Shown here: positions 10,779-16,942 of the stretch, one piece after another | How positions within the stretch are numbered: the stretch's first letter is position 1 | How the letters are laid out: each line of letters begins with the position of its first letter | DNA from: Candidatus Hadarchaeales archaeon | GTDB lineage: Archaea > Hadarchaeota > Hadarchaeia > Hadarchaeales > Hadarchaeaceae | DNA: 32,000 bases | NCBI GenBank assembly: GCA_038823825.1 | Contig: JAWBCC010000001.1 | Span: 1 to 32,000 of the forward strand | Direction of reading: 5' to 3' | The notes under the pieces: generated by a model | Told to the model about the DNA's origin: nothing | Seen by the model: the letters and a program-made list of their open reading frames with translations, nothing else | Databases searched by the model: none | Made by a program: the position numbers and the translations under genes

Positions 10779-11374
10779 CTCCTCTCCTCCAGATATCTCA
10801 TTACGAGTTCATAATTCTCTCGTCCCATGCTTCCAAGTAAATAGAGTCTAGAAAATATCTCACTTACCTTGGATAAGGAAACGAGCGTTATTCCTTCTTT
10901 TTTGAGATTTTGTTCGGCTCCTTCTTCTCTATCCACAAACACAACGGCGTATCTCAAAATTCCGCCTTTTTCTTTAATCGAGAGAGCGGCTTTCAACAAG
11001 CTTTCTCCAGTGGTAGCCACATCGTCAACCAGGATAACCCTATTTCCAGGTTCCAATTCACCCTCGATCTCGCTCTCGGTCCCATGGGTCTTTTTTTCTT
11101 TTCTGACGTAAATCAGGGGTTTTTTCAGTTTGTAAGCAACAATTGTGGCAATTGGTATGCCCGCGGTTGCGACACCAGCGACTCTGTCAAACTCCCCCAG
11201 CGTTTTTATAATTTCTACGTAATCATTCGTAATCTCGTCGAAGATGGCTGGGTAAGAAATAATCTTTCTCAGGTTGATATAGTATGGGCTGATTCTACCT
11301 GAAGAAAGCCTAAACTCGCCAGTCATAATACATCCGAGCTCGGCTAGCTTTAAGTAAATTTCATCTCTTGGCAT
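10757..11374 (-). CDS. pyrE: Orotate phosphoribosyltransferase
   Basis: 205 aa with the PRPP-binding loop VILVDDVATTGESL. Sits between pyrF and pyrB. Confidence 0.9.
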   Translation of the reverse strand: MPRDEIYLKLAELGCIMTGEFRLSSGRISPYYINLRKIISYPAIFDEITNDYVEIIKTLGEFDRVAGVATAGIPIATIVAYKLKKPLIYVRKEKKTHGTESEIEGELEPGNRVILVDDVATTGESLLKAALSIKEKGGILRYAVVFVDREEGAEQNLKKEGITLVSLSKVSEIFSRLYLLGSMGRENYELVMRYLEERRCSKTEM

Positions 11375-12155
11375 TCCTGATCGCCTCCAAGATCTCTTTT
11401 GCTTTCTTAGCTGGTTCGGAACTCTCAGTTATCGACCTGCCTATTATCTCAAAGTCCGATCCGGCGACTATTGCTGATCCGAATGGAGTACCCTGAGCTC
11501 CGACCCCCGGCGAAAAAATCGGCTTATCAAACATCTTCCTAGCCTTCCTAATGATGTCTGGTCTGCTTGCAGGAAGCACGAAGCCATCGACTCCTGCAGA
11601 GTCGGCAATCAGAAGGAGTTTCAAAAAGTTCTTGTTGAGGAAATCGTTCGCTCCTGCATGACTCATCGCGCATAGCCCCAAAACTCCTCTATCCTTCTTT
11701 TTTGCCAATTTCACTACCGGGATCAAACCATCTTTGGCTCCTATGGCGGCGTGAGCGATTATTCCGTCAAAACCGGCATCGAAGAGCAACCCCGCCGTCA
11801 GCACGTTTATGTGCCCAATGTCCGCCATCTTCGTGTCGCAGATGAAGAAGTACCTTTTGGTATGCTCTCTTGTCAGCCGTTTTATTCCGTCAAGTCCCAA
11901 CGAAAGCAGAAGTGGTAAACCGATTTTGATTCCGGATACATAGTCTTCTAACTCCAATAGCAGAGCTTCAAGTTTTTTCAGAGATTCTTTTTTGTTGCAA
12001 AAGGATTCGGTGTAGTCTGGCAAAAAATCGAGAGCTAAAACAATCGGAGTTCCCTTCTTTTCGCGCAACGTCTCTATTTTTTTATGGAATTTTTCACTCA
12101 CAAGCCCTTCCTTATCTACATCCACGAAAGATAAAAGCGTGTCGAGTCTAGGCAT
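11361..12155 (-). CDS. pyrF: Orotidine 5'-phosphate decarboxylase
   Basis: Motifs IVLALDF, DTKMADIG (DxKxxDI), PGVGAQG and IIGRSI. First gene of the pyr operon. The start is ambiguous: ATG 12155, or GTG 12125 (see the promoter finding). Confidence 0.82.
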   Translation of the reverse strand: MPRLDTLLSFVDVDKEGLVSEKFHKKIETLREKKGTPIVLALDFLPDYTESFCNKKESLKKLEALLLELEDYVSGIKIGLPLLLSLGLDGIKRLTREHTKRYFFICDTKMADIGHINVLTAGLLFDAGFDGIIAHAAIGAKDGLIPVVKLAKKKDRGVLGLCAMSHAGANDFLNKNFLKLLLIADSAGVDGFVLPASRPDIIRKARKMFDKPIFSPGVGAQGTPFGSAIVAGSDFEIIGRSITESSEPAKKAKEILEAIRNAKR

Positions 12156-12184
12156 ATATAAGCATATTTGTGTACAGGGAACGG

Positions 12185-12200
12185 ATTATTAACCTTTCGC
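12185..12200 (-). promoter_or_regulatory. BRE/TATA-like promoter element for the pyr operon
   Basis: The minus strand reads GCGAAAGG-TTAATAAT, a purine-rich BRE-like segment followed by an A/T octamer. It lies 29 nt upstream of the pyrF ATG, which predicts a very short leader. Confidence 0.4.
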
Positions 12201-12273
12201 AAATTTTCGAAAAACTCCGAGTTTAGAGTTTCTTTTTAAGGACAACTAAGAGAAGTTGTTCTGAGGTGAAAAA

Positions 12274-12768
12274 ATGCAGTTTAGGAATGGAAGAACTCTG
12301 ACGAGAGCCGGTTGGATAGCAGTCATCGCCCTGATTGCAAGCGTAGGACTGGCCGTCGCTGCGCTTAGATTAACCGTGAGGTTTGGAGCCACGGTAGTTT
12401 CTGCGCCAATAACATGGCAGTTTATCGGAGTTGATAACTCGGAAAATATACCGATTCCGGATGGCGGAGAGACAACGTTCTGGATAAGCTTCACGAACCA
12501 GTCTGGTAGGTTCCAGGGAGTTGCAGTTTACTCAACAGTGTTTGACGTAAGCGGAGGTAAGGTCTGGTCAGGTCTCTATGATAATGCCACAGGAAACGAG
12601 CTACCGGACTCGGATTATGGTGCCAACTACAAGAGGCTAGATCTTAACGCTGGGCAAACAAGAGTGGTCAAAGTGGTTCTGGCTGATGTCAATGCTAATC
12701 CAGGCGACTACTGGATCTGGGGTCTAAATACTGGCTTCTCGTTGTTCTTGGACAACATTGTTCTGTAG
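12274..12768 (+). CDS. Hypothetical small secreted/membrane-anchored beta-sandwich protein
   Basis: ATG lies 5 nt after GAGGTGA. A basic N-region is followed by the hydrophobic segment WIAVIALIASVGLAVAAL, then RLTVRFGATVV, a motif shared with the next gene. The rest is strand-rich and ends ...PGDYWIWGLNTGFSLFLDNIVL. Confidence 0.7.
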   Translation: MQFRNGRTLTRAGWIAVIALIASVGLAVAALRLTVRFGATVVSAPITWQFIGVDNSENIPIPDGGETTFWISFTNQSGRFQGVAVYSTVFDVSGGKVWSGLYDNATGNELPDSDYGANYKRLDLNAGQTRVVKVVLADVNANPGDYWIWGLNTGFSLFLDNIVL

Positions 12769-12771
12769 AGA

Positions 12772-12815
12772 GGGGGGATCAGGTCTTCGGTCCCTCCCAT
12801 TATTTTTATTTTTTT
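12772..12815 (+). terminator. GC-rich hairpin followed by a T-tract (terminator or attenuator between the small and giant genes)
   Basis: GGGGGGA (12772-12778) pairs with TCCCTCC (12791-12797), 7 bp including one G-U, around a 12-nt loop. It is followed by ATTATTTTTATTTTTTT (12799-12815). Archaeal termination typically occurs at oligo-T tracts. Confidence 0.45.
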
Positions 12816-12840
12816 AACGGGGAGAAAAGAGAGGGGACAA

Positions 12841-15800
12841 ATGAAAAATGTTTGGAAAATAATCCCATCCGTGTTGGTAATACTGTTTGTGGTCTCTTTA
12901 TGTGCTGGACTTTTTCGTCTTACCGTGAAATTCGGAGCAATGGTTGTTGGCGGTTTACCAGGAATTCTGCGATATGACGATTTCAACGATGGTGTCCTAG
13001 GCACGAACCTTGGTGGGGGTGCCGGCGCAATGTCATACGATGGGGCCCACGACCCCAGCCTGAGTTTTGTTTCTGGTTATGAAGGCACCTATGCGCTTAA
13101 AATTTCGTACAGCGTTCCAGTCGGACAATGGTGTGGTTACTGGAGTTTTTTCCTCGCGAGTCAGAAAGGATATGATATCGGCATGTTTACGGACATAAGG
13201 ATGTGGGTAAAAGGTGAGAATGGAGGAGAAAACTTCAAAATAGAACTTAAGGATGAATTCGGCACTGTTAGGACAGTTTACATTTCAATGGTCCCTGGTT
13301 TTGAGTCCGGTCTGAGCACTAGTTGGCGGGAGCTTGTTATACCTCTCTACAACTTTCCGGATTTAAACCTCTATTACGTGAAACAAGTCAACATCATCTT
13401 TGACACTTATCCATATTCTGGGACGATATATATTGACAACATTGTCTTTACGCAGTTTTCACCATACACCCCCTCTCCAATTGGTCTAGTTTTTGATGAT
13501 TTTAACGGTGGTCTTGGCCCAAACAGGCTCGGCGGATCCAACGGAACAATGGATCCAAACCCAGGCGATCCAACCGAATGGATAACAGCATCGTATGTTA
13601 CAGATTCCTATGAGGGACTTGGAGCTCTAAAATTAACATACAACCGAGGCGCGGCGAGTTGGGTGGGATACTGGAGTTTCATGAGACCCGATCAGACTGG
13701 GTACGACGTCTCGGATTATGAAAATCTCTGTATGTGGGTGAAGGGAGCGAGTGGAGGGGAAAGATTCAAAGTAGAACTAAAAGATACATCCAACAACACG
13801 AGTTCAATATATGTTACTGTTCCAGGAACAACCTATCAGAAGATATCGATACCGCTATCAGATTTCACCGGCCTCGATCTGAAAAATCTCAGACAAGTGA
13901 ATATAGTCTTCGACACCTCGCCGAACAGTGGCACGGTTTACATAGATTTGGTTCTCTTCGAGTGGGATGTTTACAAAGAGGCTCAGAAAAGAGCCTTCCT
14001 CTATTTCTGGAGGGAGATGAACCCTCAGACCGGGTTGGTCCCGGACAAGAATAGAGATAAAATGGCAAGCATCGCAGCAACTGGATTTGGCCTTTCAGCA
14101 ATATGCGTAGGAGAAAGCAGAGGTTGGATATCCAGACAAGAAGCGATGGAAAGAGTGCTAAAAGCGTTGAGATTTCTCAGAGACAATGCGGAAAAGGTTA
14201 ACGGAATGCCCTACCACTTCCTGCACGTTGACAACGGTTCTCGTTTCGGAACTTCAGAGATTTCCATAATCGATACGGCTATGCTAATGGCTGGTGTGCT
14301 CCATGTGGCTGAACATTTCAAAGAAAACCAACAAATTGTTTCATTGGCCGAGGAGATCTTCAATGCAGTTGATTGGTATTGGTTTGTCAGACCAAGTGGA
14401 ACATTTGATGCAGCTTGGTCTCCAGAGATCGGATTTTACGGGGAAAGATTTGGTTATGACGAGTACATCCTAGCCGGGATAATCGGTCTGGGTTCCTCAA
14501 CGAAGCCACTTCCAAGAAGCAGTTGGGATGTCTGGAGATCGGGATACAAGTGGGCTTCTTATGAAAATTACACTTTCCTCTGTCCAGGCGGTTACATGAG
14601 ACCGACTTCTTACTTGTATCACTTTCCGGCCTCTTGGATAGATTTCAGGAATAAACACGATAACTATGTCGATTACTGGGACACGATGGTAAACGCTCTC
14701 TTGGCCAACCGTGAATATTGTAGAGACTGGGCTGAAAACTATCCAGAGTATGACGACAATCTCTGGGGATGGAATGCCTGTGAGGGGCCTGAGGGATATC
14801 TCGGCTGGGATCCATTCCGTGGAACAATAGCACCCTCTGCTGTTGTAGGCTCGGTTCCATTCTTCCCAGATTTTGCAGTTCCAGATGTCCGCTATATTTA
14901 CGAACATTACGGGGAGAACATATGGGGCATCTACGGCTTCAAGGATTCAATGGATTCGGGCTATAACTCCGGTCGAGGCTGGTTCTGCGAGAACTTCGTC
15001 GGAATAAACAAAGGTCCGGAAGTTCTATTACCAGAAGCCTACATTAGCGGTCTAGTATGGAAGGAGATGATGAACAATTTCTACATCTTGGAGGGTCTCA
15101 GAAAAGCGGGCTTCGTCTGGCGTATATATCCGAGTGATGACACATTTGTTGACAATGTATATCCAAACACAAATTATGGTCAGCAAAGCCAACTCAAAAT
15201 CGAGAATAGTTCCTCTTCAATCAAACTCACGTACATGAAGTTTGATCTTTCTGGTTTACCATCAACCTTTGGAATCGGCGAGGCTAGGCTCAACTTATTT
15301 GTCTACGAGAACGCTCAAGCATACGTAATCGCATACGGGGTGGAAAACGATGCTTGGACGGAAAACAGTTTGGTTTGGAACAATCGTCCGCCCTATGGAG
15401 AAATCATCGACAATGTTCAATGCGAGAACGGATGGATTTCTCTAGATGTTACCCAATGGGCAAGAGCGCAGTTCAACATTGACCGAAAGCTTTCGCTTGT
15501 ACTCGCGATAAGTCAGGGCTCGGCAAGTTTCAGATCTGAGGAATATATGGAGAACAGGTCTCAGAGGCCTTATCTCGGAGTAAAGCTCGCCTCAACAAGA
15601 ACGGTAACGGAAAGACTTCTCCCAATCGAAGACACGTATACGGATTACGAGAAGCGGAACACTCCGATGGGGGAAAATAATCCGAAAAGATTGGCCGTAA
15701 GTGGAGTTTCAGGATACTATCGCAGATCATATCTCAAATTTGATATGTCTAGTTTACCGAAGGAGGCGAAGATTTCAGAAGCGAGGTTGTGGGTTTATGC

Positions 15801-16941
15801 CAGAGAAATAATTAATCCTGGCAACCAGGTCAAAGTTGTTTACGCGTGTAGACTTGAAAATGACAACTGGAAAGAGACAACATTGACCTGGAACACGCAG
15901 CCTGAGAACGGGCCAGTGATTAGCGAGAATTCGATTTCAACCACCGGTTGGATTTCGTGGGACGTGACGGCTTGGGTACAGAATCAGATGAGTGTGGATA
16001 ACATTGTGTCTATCATTCTTAGAACAATTGAACCGGCTAACACGGTTGAACCCTGGTTTGAATCAAAGGAAGAAGTTTTAGGCCACATACCATTCCTGGA
16101 GATAAAATACTACGAACTACGTGGAGCGCCGGTCCTCCTATCGCCCGAGAACAATGCAACGACTTTTGACAACACCCCGACCTTCACTTGGATTCCCGGT
16201 GGAGGAGCAGAATCTCACATTCTGCAAATAGACAACGATCCGGACTTCAGCTCCCCAGTCTATGAAAATAGAAACCTTGCAGGAAACGCTAATCAGTGCA
16301 CCATCGAAAACGAACTCGCACAGGACAATTACTATTGGCGGGTCGGAGCAGTTTTTGAGGGAACAACAGTTTGGTCAGAATCTAGAAGACTACAAGTTCT
16401 GCGCAGCATGACACTGGTCATCTATCCATCAGCTGATGCCAAAGTAGAAAGTAGTTCACCTGACACAAACTATGGAAACGAAACTCATATCGCTGCAGCC
16501 GCACCCAATCCGAGTTTCTATAGAAGATCCTTCTTGAAATTTGATCTTTCTTCCATCCCGAGCGGTGGCTCGATTATTGATGCAAAACTCTATCTTTACA
16601 AGTATGGTGAGGGAGGAACAGAACCGGGAGACACGAACAGAAATGTTGGAGTCTACCGTGTCGATAACGACGACTGGTCAGAATCGGTGATAACTTGGAA
16701 CAACCAGCCAGCAATAGGCTCACTCGAGAATTATATTTACACACCAACTTCGACCGGCTTCTGGGAGGTCTGGAACATCACAAATTGGGCGGACAACCAG
16801 TACAAGGGTGATAGAATTCTTTCGATTGCTATTAGAATGGTTGATGAGAGAAGTGACTGGAACAGCGCGGAGCCATATTGGTATTCAAAGGAGTGGGGCA
16901 CTCCCTCTCAGCGGCCATATTTGGTTGTGACTGTTAGTTAG
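12841..16941 (+). CDS. Giant (1366 aa) N-terminally anchored multidomain glycan-binding/glycoside-hydrolase-like protein
   Basis: ATG follows GAGGGG. Has an N-terminal hydrophobic segment and a long uninterrupted ORF with internal domain repeats (annotated as separate features). No C-terminal anchor. Confidence 0.85.
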   Translation: MKNVWKIIPSVLVILFVVSLCAGLFRLTVKFGAMVVGGLPGILRYDDFNDGVLGTNLGGGAGAMSYDGAHDPSLSFVSGYEGTYALKISYSVPVGQWCGYWSFFLASQKGYDIGMFTDIRMWVKGENGGENFKIELKDEFGTVRTVYISMVPGFESGLSTSWRELVIPLYNFPDLNLYYVKQVNIIFDTYPYSGTIYIDNIVFTQFSPYTPSPIGLVFDDFNGGLGPNRLGGSNGTMDPNPGDPTEWITASYVTDSYEGLGALKLTYNRGAASWVGYWSFMRPDQTGYDVSDYENLCMWVKGASGGERFKVELKDTSNNTSSIYVTVPGTTYQKISIPLSDFTGLDLKNLRQVNIVFDTSPNSGTVYIDLVLFEWDVYKEAQKRAFLYFWREMNPQTGLVPDKNRDKMASIAATGFGLSAICVGESRGWISRQEAMERVLKALRFLRDNAEKVNGMPYHFLHVDNGSRFGTSEISIIDTAMLMAGVLHVAEHFKENQQIVSLAEEIFNAVDWYWFVRPSGTFDAAWSPEIGFYGERFGYDEYILAGIIGLGSSTKPLPRSSWDVWRSGYKWASYENYTFLCPGGYMRPTSYLYHFPASWIDFRNKHDNYVDYWDTMVNALLANREYCRDWAENYPEYDDNLWGWNACEGPEGYLGWDPFRGTIAPSAVVGSVPFFPDFAVPDVRYIYEHYGENIWGIYGFKDSMDSGYNSGRGWFCENFVGINKGPEVLLPEAYISGLVWKEMMNNFYILEGLRKAGFVWRIYPSDDTFVDNVYPNTNYGQQSQLKIENSSSSIKLTYMKFDLSGLPSTFGIGEARLNLFVYENAQAYVIAYGVENDAWTENSLVWNNRPPYGEIIDNVQCENGWISLDVTQWARAQFNIDRKLSLVLAISQGSASFRSEEYMENRSQRPYLGVKLASTRTVTERLLPIEDTYTDYEKRNTPMGENNPKRLAVSGVSGYYRRSYLKFDMSSLPKEAKISEARLWVYAREIINPGNQVKVVYACRLENDNWKETTLTWNTQPENGPVISENSISTTGWISWDVTAWVQNQMSVDNIVSIILRTIEPANTVEPWFESKEEVLGHIPFLEIKYYELRGAPVLLSPENNATTFDNTPTFTWIPGGGAESHILQIDNDPDFSSPVYENRNLAGNANQCTIENELAQDNYYWRVGAVFEGTTVWSESRRLQVLRSMTLVIYPSADAKVESSSPDTNYGNETHIAAAAPNPSFYRRSFLKFDLSSIPSGGSIIDAKLYLYKYGEGGTEPGDTNRNVGVYRVDNDDWSESVITWNNQPAIGSLENYIYTPTSTGFWEVWNITNWADNQYKGDRILSIAIRMVDERSDWNSAEPYWYSKEWGTPSQRPYLVVTVS
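12970..13449 (+). repeat. CBM11/CIA30-like jelly-roll repeat 1 (aa 44-203)
   Basis: Pattern DDFNDG...WCGYWSFF...YDIGMFTDIRMWVKGENGGENFKIELKD...VKQVNIIFD...GTIYIDNIVF. This aligns colinearly with repeat 2. Confidence 0.6.
13486..13959 (+). repeat. CBM11/CIA30-like jelly-roll repeat 2 (aa 216-373)
   Basis: Pattern DDFNGG...WVGYWSFM...YDVSDYENLCMWVKGASGGERFKVELKD...LRQVNIVFD...GTVYIDLVLF. Clear paralogue of repeat 1, diverged at the DNA level. Confidence 0.6.
13972..15120 (+). other. Central (alpha/alpha)6-barrel-like domain resembling the 'putative glucoamylase'/GH144 endo-beta-1,2-glucanase family
   Basis: AQKRAFLYFWREMNPQTGLVPD...ASIAATGFGLSAICVGESRGWISRQEAMERVLKALRFL...GMPYHFL...SIIDTAMLMAGVL matches my recollection of that family's N-terminal helices. 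This is from memory and has not been HMM-verified. Confidence 0.5.
15121..15588 (+). repeat. DNRLRE-type (CBM96-like) repeat 1
   Basis: YPSDDTFVDNVYPNTNYG...LTYMKFDLSGLP...EARLNLFVY...DAWTENSLVWNNRPP...GWISLDVTQW...RPYLGVKL. Confidence 0.55.
15616..16113 (+). repeat. DNRLRE-type (CBM96-like) repeat 2
   Basis: PIEDTYTDYEKRN...YYRRSYLKFDMSSLP...EARLWVYA...DNWKETTLTWNTQPE...GWISWDVTAW...PFLEIKYY. Confidence 0.55.
16126..16401 (+). other. FN3/Ig-like module
   Basis: APVLLSPENNATTFDNTPTFTWIPGGGAESHILQIDNDPDFSSPVYE...YYWRV. This pattern is common in short beta-sandwich spacers of secreted proteins. Confidence 0.4.
16411..16938 (+). repeat. DNRLRE-type (CBM96-like) repeat 3
   Basis: YPSADAKVESSSPDTNYG...FYRRSFLKFDLSSIP...DAKLYLYK...DDWSESVITWNNQPA...WNITNW...RPYLVVTVS. 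Confidence 0.55.
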
Positions 16942-16942
16942 G

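Noticed and set aside
11361-12155. Alternative identity of the pyrF ORF as 3-hexulose-6-phosphate synthase, which belongs to the same fold superfamily.
   Set aside because: The DxKxxDI and PGVGAQG...IIGRSI motifs fit OMP decarboxylase better, as does the position directly upstream of pyrE at the head of the pyr operon.
12274-12340. Class III (type IV pilin-like) signal peptide in the small protein (…LTRA|GWIAVIAL…).
   Set aside because: The R-A|G context is only loosely compatible with prepilin peptidase sites. The giant paralogous leader (MKNVWK-IIPS…) has no G/A/S at the -1 position. An ordinary Sec signal or anchor is the simpler reading.
12895-12915. Lipobox in the giant protein's leader (VVSLCAG).
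   Set aside because: Residue -1 to the Cys is Leu, not Gly, Ala or Ser. The paralogous leader of the small protein has no Cys at all.
12246-13004. Minus-strand ORFs 12246-12494 and 12708-13004.
   Set aside because: They overlap the plus-strand secreted-protein genes and the hairpin/T-tract. They have no SD or promoter, and their sequences are implausible (proline- and arginine-rich, no motifs).
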